Shown one piece after another: positions 28,095 to 41,440 of a DNA stretch of 64,000 bases. The translations under genes were made by a program, and so were the position numbers. The notes under the pieces were generated by a model. That model did no database searches. It saw only the letters and a list, made by a program, of their open reading frames with translations, and had not been told where the DNA came from. The number at the start of each line of letters is the position of its first letter. Position 1 is the first letter of the stretch. The stretch is from Hormiphora californensis. Lineage: Eukaryota > Animalia > Ctenophora. The stretch spans positions 4,092,001 to 4,156,000 of the forward strand of contig CM035352.1 of the NCBI GenBank assembly GCA_020137815.1, in the 5' to 3' direction.

Positions 28095-30544
28095 CTTCTT
28101 TTCTTGGTCTCTCGAGCACCCTGCATTGTTTAACACGTCATCTCACTACACACAGAACATATTATATACCGGGTTAGTCTCAGAGAGAGAGAGAGAGTCT
28201 ACAGAAACAATAAAGTTGGAAAATTAATCAAGAAGGAAAAAGTAACAAGGGGAGTGGCAAACCTTTGAGTGAGCGACTGCACGAGAGGGTGGTTAGTTGT
28301 GAGTGAGAGAGCGTTGTGTGGTACTGTGTGTCTCTCCTGCCAAATAGGGCCTGATTATTCATCTCGCATAGATGGAGAGAGAGAGGAAAAATGAGGGTAG
28401 TAAGAGAAAGGTGAAAATGATAGGGAAGATCTAAATAGCATCTCTGAGCATAGCAGCTTTGTGGATTGTGAAAATGAATACTTTAAAAGCGAAAAACACA
28501 ATAGCACAAAGACTATGTTAGCAGAGGATGCAATCAATGCTCCTACATGATTATTCAGCAATCATCATACATATTATAATAGCACATATAAACCTCCCTT
28601 GTCAGACAAGACGGCCCCGGGGCGAAGAGGAGGGGCTTTTATGAGCCCCCCCAAAAACCCCCATATAATAAATACACACATAATCTCCCATACTCAATGA
28701 TTAAGTTGAAGTTGAAAACCCGGGCGGGGTGATTAGTGAACATGCCGGGCGGTTAAAACTTCCCACTTTCCCTGGTAGGGAAACCCGGAACACCCAAAAA
28801 ACCTTGGCCCCTTTTTCCGGTGGGGGGAAAGGCAAGTAAAAACCCCCCCAAAAGGGCAAATAATATGGGGGGGGGGTAAAAGGGACTTGGACGGTGAGGG
28901 GGGTTTGGGGGAGGGGGAAAGGGAAAAGCCAAAAAGCCTAACTAAGGAGGAAAAAAAAGAGAGGGAGAAAGGCGTAGGGGAAAAGGGAAGAGAGAGAGAG
29001 AGAGAGAGAGAGAAGGGAGAGAGAGAGAAGAGAGAGAGAGAAAAGGGAGAGAGAGGAAAAAGAAGAAGAGAGGGGAGAGAGGAAAAAGAGAGAGGAAGAG
29101 AGGGGGCGAAGAGAAAAGGGGAGGGGAGAAGGGAAGAGGAGAGAGGGAGAGGGAGAGAGAGAGAGAGGGGAAGGGGAGAGAGGGGGAGAGAGAAGAGATA
29201 GAAATTTGTTTGTAAATATAAAAGTTTAATCTTACGGGGAAAAGATAAGAGCTACGGTTCCATATGGGGGAAAAAAAAAAAAATGATGAATGAGAGAGGA
29301 GAGAGGGAAAAAAAACGCTAAAAAACCCGCACACGCACATTGCATATAATACACATGGCACATTTATAACTTGAAATAGCGAGAATAAGCAGTGGACTTG
29401 TGTGGAGAGGACATGTTGAGGGAGTGAGCGTGTTAAAACAAAGATAGAGAGAGGAGAGAGCTAGAGTCTGTTAAAAATAAAGATAGAGGGAGGGAGAGGG
29501 AGAGGAGCGAGGGGAGGCACTGTGCCGAGAGGAGGAGGGATGGCGAGGGCATAGATAGTGAGGGAAGAGGGAAAACGACGAGCAGGGATGGAGAGGGAGA
29601 AATATCGATGATATAAATAGAGACTGAGAGATAGAAAGAGCAGTTAAGAAAGATAGATAGAGAGATAGAGAGAGAGGAGATAGCGAAAAAGAGGAAGAGA
29701 GGAGATGCGAGAGGAGAGAGAGAGGATGAGAGAGATAATGAGATAGAGCAGAGAAAGAGAGAGGAGAGAAGCGAAGAAGGAGATGAGTAGAGATGAAGAG
29801 ATAAGAGAGATAGAGAGAAATGGAGAGAGACGGAGAGGAAGAGATTCAAAGTGGAGGATCCCTTATCCTCCAGAGGAGGATGATTTGAGAAGAGAAGAGG
29901 AGAGAAAAGAACGACAAAGAAACGAAGAGAGAAAGAAGGAAAGAGGAAGAGAGTGAAAGAAGAGAGAAGACAACCGTTGATTCTGAGAACGACGCGAGAC
30001 GATCAGACGAGAAGAGAGAGAAACTACACAGTAAATGGGGCCTGTCCAGAAAAGTGCACCTAGAGCACTAAGTCCCAACCCCTTTTTTGGGGGGGGGAAG
30101 ATGGAGTGGGGCGCGGAGGGAGTATGGGGGTTTGACACCCGCGTTACAAAACGTTTCGTTATTGTGACTTTGCACAAGAGGGGGGGGAACAAACGGTTTT
30201 TCCCATAACTTCAGTAAAGGGGAATTTATCGTTTTTAAACCCGATTTAAAATTTAACACTTTCCCAAGGTCAGATCCGGGAAAGTGCTCTGTCGACTTTG
30301 TTTGCCCCCTTCGCTTTTCCTACCCTCGCTTTCCCCAATCTGCCTGGGTAAAGGAAATTCTCTTCGTCATTTCTCTTGGATTTGTGTTTTTCTAATTTTC
30401 TTTTCCCCACACCCGTTAAAGGGAATGGAGGGTTTTTAAATTGTTTAATATGGGGGAAATTACCGTTTTAACTTTTGTGGTGTTGTTAGGGGGGCCGGGG
30501 TGAGAGATGGTCGGCAAGAAAAAGTGGCTGTAAAACTTAGGAAA

Positions 30545-31180
30545 ATTGTTATTGGTTATAACGCCCTGCACATTTTGGAGAAATATCACCCGGCGGAGCG
30601 GGCGATATGATAAACCCGAGGGAAAAAACTCATAACGCCAGCTTAAAAGTGCAATTTATTAACGAAAGATTCACCCAAAAAGGTTTGAAAATTTTCTTTT
30701 GTTTGGTACACACTGTCCAAAGAGAAAAAGAGTTGACACAACAAGGGGGCAAAATGGCGACAAGAGAGAGAGAGACAAGAGAACAGGGAAACCCAATCTC
30801 TATTTAATTAGCACCCAATGTTGCTTGGGGGTGTGAGTGTATAGACATGCGGGATTTAAAAGGGAACATTTTAAAGGGGTTTTGAAATGATTTGGGTGTT
30901 CCCTCCTCTCGCTGTGTATATTTGTTGTTGAACTGAAATTTTGATGATGTTAAATATTTTTAGTTGTCAAATGTTTTGAAAAAAACTTGAAAGGGGATGT
31001 GTTTTTCCTTTCCCTTTCTTGAGGGGGGGTTAATGCTATAACACCTTTGGATCAAAAAATATCGCCCTCATACGTCGGGGCGATATATGCTATCTTCCCT
31101 TTCTCCCCAAGGGGTGTAGCTTTGCATATCGCCCCCGCGCGGGGCGCGATATACAGATACACACCGGTGTTATAGCACAT
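30545..31180. mobile_element. ~630-bp insertion absent from the paralogous intron; family unclear
   Basis: The other copy reads ACTTAGG...GTAGCTAGG contiguously (~23916-23940). The ends carry imperfect inverted TATAAC(G/A)CC...GGGCGATAT / ATATCGCCC...GGTGTTATA motifs. Confidence 0.5.
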
Positions 31181-31650
31181 ATATGTAGCTAGGATAGTCT
31201 CCCCCAATGTGTACCTTATAAATCTCAATATGAAAATCCTTCATTAGTTTCTCCATCTTTGTATCATATGAGGATCTGATCTGTCGGATTTCCTCAAATA
31301 ATCCCTTGTTAGTGGTCTCTAATAGCCGCATATCCGACTCTAGCTTTCTCTTGTCATTCTGTGGGCGAGACACAATGGTTATTTGCACTTTTATCCAGTT
31401 AGCAAAAGTAGAAAAAAGCTTGATATGAGAAGCTTCCCAATTCCCATTTACATTGTACAATAACGTGTTATTAGAATTCCTGCCCCACCCGAATTATATA
31501 TTACAACCTTGAGAATGGTCAAATCGAAGGCAAGTTTCTTTTTCTCAGCCGCGTGTTGGTTGCTCAACTGTATGGTCAGATCACGTGACAACTGTTCTCT
31601 CAGATCGTAATAGTTGGCCTTCTCAGCTTCTAACTTGTTATTCATCTCCT

Positions 31651-31992
31651 GGAGAGGGGGGGGGGGGGGGTTTGAGAGGGGGGAGTTGGAGAAGGGGGGG
31701 GGTTGGAGAAGGGGGGGGGGGTTGGAGAATGGGGGGGGGGGGGTTTGGGAAGAAGGGGGGTTTGAGGAAGGGGGGGGGGGGTTGGAGAAGGGGGGTTTGG
31801 AGAAGGGGGTTGGAGAAGGGGGGGGGGGTTGGAGAGGGTGTTTGGAGAAGGGGGGTTTGGAGAAGGGGGGTTTGGAGAAGGGGGGGGTTTGGAGAAGGGG
31901 GTTTGGAGAAGGGGGGTTTGGAGAGTGGGGGTTTGGAGAAGGGGGGTTTGGAGAGTGGGGGTTTGGAGAATGGGGGTTTGGAGAAGGGGGGT
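31651..31992. repeat. G-rich minisatellite (GGAGAAGGGGGTTT)n, expanded relative to the paralogous intron at 26144-26200
   Basis: Visible tandem units; the other copy has only ~2 units. Confidence 0.9.
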
Positions 31993-32963
31993 TAGAAATG
32001 GAGACGGGGACAATTTTATAGAATTGGAGAGGGGAAAGAGTTTAATTGATCTTCAGACAATGTCAGTTTAGTTTTAATTCACGGCAATATATTTTATGAA
32101 AATATTACTTTTACTAAATTTAACCACCTACCCCGATTGTCTGATGTTTTTCCTTGCATAGCAACTTATATTTGATAATCTCATCCTCCTGCTTTTTCTT
32201 ATCCTTCCTCAAATCTAACAACTGCCTCCGGAAGTCTTCGAGCTGCTCTACAAAGGCCATATCGGATAGTTGCCCATCCCGGGTCAAAGAACCGTTCTCA
32301 TTACTGCTCACACTGGCACGCCGGGACCTTGTTTGGCCTGGAATCAACACATGAGAGGTGGTAATTAATTTGTAACAAAATATAAATTCGAGAGTTTAGC
32401 TAGGATGTGCACCGGGCATGTATAACATTTAAGTGGTGAAACGCGTGGCACGGATTCACATTATTTAAACTGGACTTAAGACGGGAGCTGTTATCTTACG
32501 TTTGAATATCTTCGAAGGCTCTTTGGAGTCCTCTGTAGAGCCTGGAAACAAGACGAGATTAAAAAAGCTAACAGAATTAGTATTTAATTTCTTGAAACTA
32601 ACAACCTAACAATCCCTATTTTTTGGGTGCCACCTGTCATTGTGGCGAGTATGCTACGTTGGTGGAGCCCGCGCCCCGTGGACGGCGATATTTAACAATC
32701 CATTGACTTTATTATTTACCTGTTCTAAATGTTTTCCCGATAAAAAATGTATATATAGAAACTAACAACCAAGCACACACTAACAAACACTAACCTGTAG
32801 AGGGCACGGGCGAGGCAGGAGGCCCGACGACATGGGTGGCTGGTGTCTTTAAAGAAGGGAGTCTCGAAACTCTCCTACCACTCATCTTCTTTTCTTGGTC
32901 TCTCGAGCACCCTGCATTGTTTAACACGTCATCTCACTACACACAAAACACTACTGGGTTAGT

Positions 32964-33029
<66 letters not shown>

Positions 33030-33274
33030 CTACAGAAACAATAAAGTTGGAAAATTAATCAAGAAGCAAAAAGTAACAAGGGGAGTGGCAAACCTTTGAG
33101 TGAGCGACTGCACGAGAGGGTGGTTAGCTGTGAGTGAGAGAGCGTTGTGTGGTACTGTGTGTCTCTCCTGCCAAATAGGGCCTGATTATTCATCTCGCAT
33201 TGATGGAGAGAGAGAGGAAAAATGAGGGTAGTAAGAGAAAGGTGAAAATGATAGGGAAGATCTAAATAGCAGCT

Positions 33275-36200
33275 CTGAGCATAGCAGCTTTGTGGATTGT
33301 GAAAATGAATACTTTAAAAGCGAAAAACACAGTAGCACAAAGACTATGTTAGCAGGGGATGCAATCAATGCTCCTACATGATTATTCAGCAATCATCATG
33401 AATATTATAATAGCACATATAAACCTCCCATGTCAGACACTGACGGCCCAGTGCGAAGAGGAGGGTCTTATATGAGACAAAAACCTCCCATATATAGCAC
33501 ACATAAATATCTCCCACTCACTCAGATGATTTAGTTGTAAGTTGAGAACATGAATCATGCTGCCAGACCAAACCCAAAGAACCGAGACAAACCCCGCAAA
33601 ACCAACCTCCGAACAAACAACCAGCAAACCTCCACCAAAACTCCAAACCTCCACCAACCTCCAAACCTCCACCAACCTCCAAAGATCCAACAACCTCCAA
33701 ACCTCCACCAAACCTCCACCAACCTCCAAACCTCCACACCTAAACGCAACCTAACCACACCTAACTCCGCCAAACACCAAGAGATCCGGAACAGCGGAAA
33801 GACCGAGACCCTCCGTCCACTAAGATGGTAAATGTGGACACTCGCCAGAAACCGAGACTCAGATCGAACTCATCAGCCGTAAACCTGACACCGTTTCGGC
33901 GGCTTTAATTCGGTACGGGTACACAAGGTACTAAGTCAGGCGCCCCGGCAATCTCGATAATCTGAGACCACCGTTCGATCTATACCCAGTTGCCCGGAAT
34001 GAATGTGTCGACTGGGGTCCCTCATGCTCCCCTGTTGAACGTTATGACAGGAGGTCCACCCATACAAACACACACTCCATGCGAGGGCGAGTCTCAAACA
34101 CTCACTGCCCCCCAGTCTCATACTCCACATTCCTGCACTCCACTCCTTCTTCGCCGAAGAAGTATAGAAGTAGATCCACAATGGAAAAGTGAGCAGCCTC
34201 TTTCCCCGCTATCTTAACCAGCTTCCTCAGACCCTCCTCTAAACCAAGACGAGAAGCTGATCTAACCAGTGACTATCCGCCCCTGCCTCGACCCCAACCT
34301 CTACCGCCATATTCAAAACACCCTCCACCCATAGACTCACACTCCCTATCCAAGAGTCCTGTGTACCGTTCAATCTGAGATGATGGGACCCTATATCTCT
34401 TCTGCAGGGCAAGCTGAGCTGCACCAGATCACGTCTTTACCTCTCGACGAGAAGACAACAGATCAGGCCTTCACCTGTGTCTGGGCGCTCTCAGACGGGA
34501 ACTTGAGCTGATTCCGATGTCAGAGCAGGACACCAGGTCCTTAGCGCTGACAGGATCCCCACACCACTAACATCTTCTTCCCCTTCTTACTTCCCTCTTA
34601 CCCTCTGCAACGAACTAGATACTCCCTGGGACCCCTCTTGTGGACCTCGATGCAGCGGTTAGCACGGACTCCTCGCAGCATGTGAAACCTGTTACCTGGC
34701 TCGCCTATCTGCCGCAGGACCTTTTCATGCCGCACGGTATCTCCTGACCCGAACACCTTACAGCGTTAGAAGGTATGCGAAATACTCCCTGGAGCACACC
34801 ACACAGCTGCAAAGACCGTCTTCCCTCCTTCATCTTTGCCCCCCCTCAAGCGACGGCACGACAGGTTTCCATAAAACTGCCTCTTAGGATGAAGCCAAAC
34901 CATTCCCTCCTTCATGTCGAATAGGTTCTCCAGCTAACTCCATCGAGACCAAATCTCCCTCCAAGCTAACCACATCCCGAAATTAACTGCAATGCGTCTA
35001 CTACAGTCCTCACCTGGTCAACTCTCTCACTGCTGAATCCCAACACTCTCCTCTCGCGTCGACAGCTTCTCCAGGGCTTTCGCCACCACCGAAGCCAACC
35101 AGCCCTAGGGGATGGAGGAATCATACGCGGAACGCATCACACCGAACATCACTAACTGCATCCTCTCAACTCTTCCCACTGCTTTCACTTCCTACCAGAA
35201 CTGACAAGAGGCTGAAGCGCTAGGGATAACTTCATCCTGTGAAGAACTGTAAGTCTGCTGCAGTCTACACTTCTCCACTTTTCAGGTGTCAAGGAGGCTG
35301 TTCAACGGAGCCGTACAGAAGAATCCGAGCTTGAACAGACAAATCTGACTAAGCTGTGACCTCCACCCAACACTTTCGACAGTGAAACTGTTTACTGACT
35401 GGTTCCAGGCTGCCTACGGTAGTCAATCGGGGTGTCGCTAGCTTGCAAGAGGCCACTTCATCTTAGGCGAGAAAAGATACTGGTAACCCCAGCATTCGCC
35501 AAACCGATAATCACACTCTCGTCCAAACGTCCCATCCACACTTCAGCTGGAGAGCTGTTCCTCGAGGCGACGGGTCCTACATCAGCCGATCCACCGACCA
35601 AGATTTATCGCTTCTCAGTAACGTTCGGGATCGTCTCAACCAACCGGACAAACTCACCGACTCTACCACTTACCTCCCTCCAACACCAGGGCCCGAGACT
35701 TAGGGATGACTTAACGTAAATCTCGCCCATCCACAAACTTCCAAACACCGACAACATAAACCTGCATGTCCACTTGTTGTGGCAGTGACGAGGCAACTGT
35801 CAACTCTCCTCCGTCATCCATGAACAGCTTCAACAAGGAGGGACGGTGATGTGTGTAAGTGCCATCTTTCACGTAGGCCACACTACGCGGCTATCGTGAT
35901 GGCCAGATACTCCTGATACAGTTCATTACACAGTTACAACAAATAACGGAGATACACACCCAGGAATATCCGACCTCGAACTGTTGCCAGTTTCGATGTT
36001 ACCTCGCTTGAACGAACCTACCGAAGACCCAGCAAAAGTAACTCAGTACTATGTCCACGATTCGGCTGTGAGACTCGATAGAAACGGAAGAGCCTGACGA
36101 TCAAGATGGACTGAGGAGAGGGCACGGCACATAGGCATCGCACATCCAACCAGGACCACGGACAGTCCCGCCTCATACATCCTTGCGTCCTTCAAGGCTC

Positions 36201-37709
36201 CCCCACATAGACCCGAAGTGTTCCCAAACATCACTTACCCCCCGGAAACACCATTCTGGATCGACTATCCACGTACCAATTCTCTACAAAACTCTGTTAA
36301 GCGCCTCGCAAGTTCCCTAGGTAGATCTTTCCCTGGCGTTTACCTCAAGGAATCGGTCTTTTACCAGCGCCGGAGTTAAATCCCTTCCCCTTGGAATGTA
36401 CACTCTTCAAACCAACGACAGTTTCTGGATACTCGGTACTTAAAAGCAAGACTGTTCAGTTCCACAAGTTCAGGGAAATCTTAGGACACCGCTTGTACAC
36501 CAAGTATGGGATGGAATTGTGGAACCTGGATGCACTTCTAGCGCCGAGACTTCTCCCCCACCGACTGGTGTCCTTCCAGGAGAATAGGCTTCATGTTTTG
36601 AAAGCGAACTCTGAGGTTCAGAGGCAAAGTATGGAGCCCCAGCGAGTACCCCGAGGCCTTCCCCGCTCAGGTCGTCTCCGTAGGTAGTTTGGAGATGTTG
36701 TCTAGCTGGTCCTCGAGCCAGCGCACGTTCCCCCACTGAGACTCGGTCTGGATTTCCTTCACAGCTTTGAAGGGGCTCCTCTTGAACAGACCTCTCTGTC
36801 GCTTCCTTTCTCTCTCGTCTCTCTCTCACTTCTCTCTGCATTCCTCCGATTGGATAACTGGAAAGCAATCCCCTCACCCTTACCTTCCAGCCTACCTTCC
36901 TCTCTGCCTCACCACCTCTCCTCTCCGCCACCAGGGACTCAATCACCTTACACTCCTACTCCGAAAGGGTTCTTGCGGCCATCACTGCCTTCACCTCACC
37001 AGACCGAACAGCTCCTAGGCAACCTCATAACAACCGTAAATGAACATCCCATCGTCTCCTGGTACAACAGCAGCATGACCATCCTTAACCTTCAGAGACG
37101 AATCATCGACTCTTTACATCTACTATCTGTCCCGATGGCAGTCACGCGTCTATTCCTTGAGTACTGTCGTACTAATTCAGTGTTACTTCAGTAGGGCTGT
37201 GGTATTCTTCAGCACTTGTGTTGTCGACAGTGCCAAATTCCCCACCAGAGCTTACAGGACCAGGTCCTGCGGTGCCCCATCCATACTTCAATAAACAATC
37301 TCTTCCCCCGATGAATATTCCTACTCGCTGACTCGTGAACTCCTCCACAAACACATCTAACGCCTCCGCGTCACTCCTTTTGCTTCACTCCAGTTGTCGA
37401 GGGCACTCGACTGTAATCCTTTGCTCGTGTCACAGGATACTGAGCATAGCAGCTTTGTGGATTGTGAAAATGAATACTTTAAAAGCGAAAAACACAGTAG
37501 CACAAAGACTATGTTAGCAGGGGATGCAATCAATGCTCCTACATGATTATTCAGCAATCATCATGAATATTATAATAGCACATATAAACCTCCCATGTCA
37601 GACACTGACGGCCCAGTGCGAAGAGGAGGGTCTTATATGAGACAAAAACCTCCCATATATAGCACACATAAATATCTCCCACTCACTCAGATGATTTAGT
37701 TGTAGTTGA
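33275..37709. mobile_element. Unidentified ~3.9-kb insert bracketed by ~270-bp direct repeats
   Basis: 33275-33545 repeats at 37440-37709, and the paralogue (~28445-28715) has a single copy with no insert. The interior looks coding-like but frameshifted; no RT or integrase motif recognised. Confidence 0.45.
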
Positions 37710-38146
37710 AAGGCCCGGTAGCTGGGCGAGTTAGTGATACTATGCCGGGCGGGGTTGAAATACTTGCACGGGTAGGTACACCTGGTCACCGGTTGAACCG
37801 GTATACACCCAACCTCTCGCCACTTCTTTACCATGGTGGGAGAGAGAGAGACACGATCAAACACACAAGCAAGAACGGGGCAAATATAATGATAGGGGTA
37901 CAAGGACTTGGCTATCGGTGATTTCCGGGTTCAGTTGCTATGGGTACAAGTGACTAATTGCTCAACCAAGCCCTACACTATATCGGTAGGCCTACATCAG
38001 TAATAGCAGCAGTAGAACTGAGACTGTAGAGGAACGGGAGAGAGAGAGAGTAGAGAGAGAGGAACGAAGAGAGAGAGAGGAGAGAGAGAGAGAGAGCCAG
38101 AGAGAGTGTCCACCCAAGGCCGAGAGAGAGAGAGATGAGACGAGAG

Positions 38147-38179
<33 letters not shown>

Positions 38180-38945
38180 GTGTGGAGAGAGGAGAAGAGA
38201 AGACGAGAGAGAGAGAGGCCTAGAGAGAGAGAGAGAGAGAATTGAGAGAGGACGAGAGAGAGAGTGAGAGAATAGAGAAGAGAGAGAGAGGACGATGAGA
38301 ACGAGAGAGAGAGAGAGAGGAGAGATGAATATTAGTATGTTAAATTTAACTCTAAGTTGTAAATCTGTACTGGGATAGAGTGAAGTAGAGCTACGGCTTC
38401 CATATGGGGAGAAACAGAAAATGATGAAGTGAGAGAGAGAGAGCGAGAAAAAGCTGCTGAAAAACCCGCACACGCACATTGCATATAATACACATGGCAC
38501 ATTTATAACTTGAAATAGCGAGAATAAGCAGTGGACTTGTGTGGAGAGGACAGTGTGAGCGGAAGTCGAGCGTACGTTTAAAACAAGATAGAGAGAGAGA
38601 GCAGGAGAGAGGAGAGAGCCAGGAGAGAGCTAGAGTCTGTTAAAAATAAAGATAGAAGGAGGGAGAGGGAGAAATATCGATGGATAAATAGAGATAGAGA
38701 GATGGAAAGAGCAGTAGAGAGAGAGAGAGAAAGAGCTAGATAGGTAAAATCTCTCACTATGCCGACACCAGGTGCAGTACAGTCTACAGCCTACACCCAT
38801 AAGAGACACTCACTCACATTAGATCAACACGATTAACTTACTCAGTAGATTATAACAGATTGAGAATGCAGAGAGAGGGGGAGAGAGAGAGAGAGACGGA
38901 GAGTCAAGCGAGAATTTATGGTATATAGAGATGTGAGAGAGAGAT

Positions 38946-38990
<45 letters not shown>

Positions 38991-40098
38991 AAGAGAGAGA
39001 GTGCTGAGAGAGAGGGTATTATGCAACCATATAATGTTATGCAGTGACAATACAAAATATATTGCAGCTAGATAATTAATATAGTTGCTCAATGCAACAA
39101 TAACAGCTGTAAAAGCGCATTATAATAGCGAAGAGGAGGAGGAAAATCAACGAAGCCAATGAACGGTGTATTATAATACGCGTGCAGACTTTTTAGTAAC
39201 TACGAGAATTGTACTGGTAGGAGAGAGAAGACAGACGTAGGGAGGGAGAGAGAGATATAAGAGATTTAGGAAACAGAGAGAACACAAGATATAACTGGAA
39301 GACGTCTGTCTCTGTCGGAGAGAGATAAGGTAAATTAGAAACAATAGATCATCAATTGCATTGGGAAGTAAAAATAGTAGTTTTTATTTGAGTACACGAG
39401 GTATCTCCACCACACTATGACGTACCAACTAAGATGACGCATCTACCAGACAAATTGCAATTGCGTTTTCAATTTGTGATGAAATTGAAAGCAGCACCCA
39501 TACGAATTTAATATACAGAGACCTGAGAATATAACGCCTGTTGTTTCCTGTCACAGTGCAACCGCAACACATGACAGTATTAAACAGTGACTACAGCTGC
39601 TGACAGGAATTCAGTAACAGTACCTGAACAAACAGAATGAACACTCTCTCAGATCTGCAGGGGGTTCAGGTATCAAACTGATATTATAAAGATGAGAGGA
39701 GGTATCTCCGCTAGCGATCAGATAATTACTGGTTTAGCGTCCTTTCTCTATTCTTTCTCTCTTTCTCTCGCTCTATCTTTCCCTCTCTATCTCTCTCCCT
39801 CTATCTCTGGCTCTCTTTTATTCTTTACTCCCTATTTTTCTTTTTCTTGACTCTCATAACTCATCATATCCATCTCCATACTTTCTCCTTGCAACTACTT
39901 ACTACCATGCTCTCTCTCTCTCTCACTCTACTTTCTCTCTCCCTCTCTCCTTGGCGACTGTTTACCCTCCCTCCCCCGATGTTATCACTATGACAACACA
40001 AGGAGTAGTATTGATCAGCCAAAAACACAGAGTGGTACTTGGTAGAGAGTATAATTTAATAATATAATAATAATAATCCGCGCTTATATACCGCCCAT

Positions 40099-41440
40099 CA
40101 CGGCGTGCCTGGTGAAATTTTAACACGACCTAGCATGCGACGGGAAACCACCACTTGTACGTGGTAGCTGAGGGTCTACAGAATGGCGCTACGGTGCGGG
40201 AAAAAACATTCCATTCCCTAAAATCTTTTTTTTACTTTTATTTGATTTGGGTCAAAATTGGCTATATTAAACGTGGTCCCGAAAAATCCATAATGACTTA
40301 GCACACGAAATATGTCACCCCTACCTATTTTTGCACGTAGAATCGATTGCCGTTGAAGTCGAATCTCTAAAATGACTGTAAAATGGTCAAAAGTTGATTT
40401 TTTACCATTTTTTGGAGGTTTTTGGCCCCTAAATCATTAAAAACGTTGAGATAGGAATTTGAAACTAGTGCCAATCGTTAAAATGGTCATTTTTCTACAA
40501 AGAACCAAGTTTTCATGTATATCCGATTTATGGTTAGATTTGGGCAAATTGTTGAAATCTGCCAACTAGGAGAACCGTAACTTGATTTTCTTGTTTTTGG
40601 ATTTTGGCATTTTTGACAAACTTCTGATTGAAATGGTCAATCGGGACCATGCTTAAGTTGTTTATGGGACAATTTTCGACTAAAAATCCAAGATTTCATA
40701 CCAATCCAATAACAGATCGTTGATTTATAGTAAATTTAAGTAGGCAAAACGGTCAAAATGACAACTTTTCTTGCTTATTTTGACCGTTTTGCCTACTTAA
40801 ATTTTCTATAAATCAACGATCTGTTATTGGATTGGTATGAAAAATCTTGGATTTTAGTCGAAAATTGTCCCATAAACAACTTAAGCATGGGGTCCGATTG
40901 ACCATTTCAATCAGAAGTTTGTCAAAAATGCCAAAATCCAAAAAACAAGAAAATCAAGTTACGGTTCTCCTAGTTGGCAGATTTCAACAATTTGCCCAAA
41001 TCTAACCATAAATCGGATATACATGAAAAACTTGGTTCTTGGTAGAAAAATGACCATTTTAACGATTGGCACTAGTTTCAATTCCTATCTCAACGTTTTT
41101 AATGATTTAGGGCCAAAAACCTCCAAAAATGGTAAAAAAATCAACTTTTGACCATTTTACAGTCATTTTAGAGATTCGACTTCAACGGCAATCGATTCTA
41201 CGTGCAAAAATAGGTAGGGGTGACATATTTCGTGTGCTAAGTCATTATGGATTTTTCGGGACCACGTTTAATATAGCCAATTTTGACCCAAATCAAATAA
41301 AAGTAAAAAAAAAGATTTTAGGGAATGGAAGTTTTTTCCCGCACCGTAGCGCCATTCTGTAGACCCTCAGCTACCACGTACAAGTGGTGGTTTCCCGTCG
41401 CATGCTAGGTCGTGTTAAAATTTCACCAGGCACGCCGTAG
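40099..41440. mobile_element. 1.34-kb palindromic Chapaev-like non-autonomous transposon in L2 3' UTR (copy 1)
   Basis: CACGG...CCGT(G) termini and ~660-bp inverted arms; left TSD CCAT at 40095-40098. Confidence 0.8.

Larger units (their letters stand above)
30260..32885 (-). pseudogene. Second copy of RIM-BP 5' exons (allelic/haplotype copy or partial duplicate)
   Basis: ATG exon at ~32795-32885 and further exons at ~32132-32337, ~31508-31648 and ~31215-31358. An extra C at ~32676 frameshifts exon 2, and the exon at ~30260-30415 is degraded. Confidence 0.6.
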
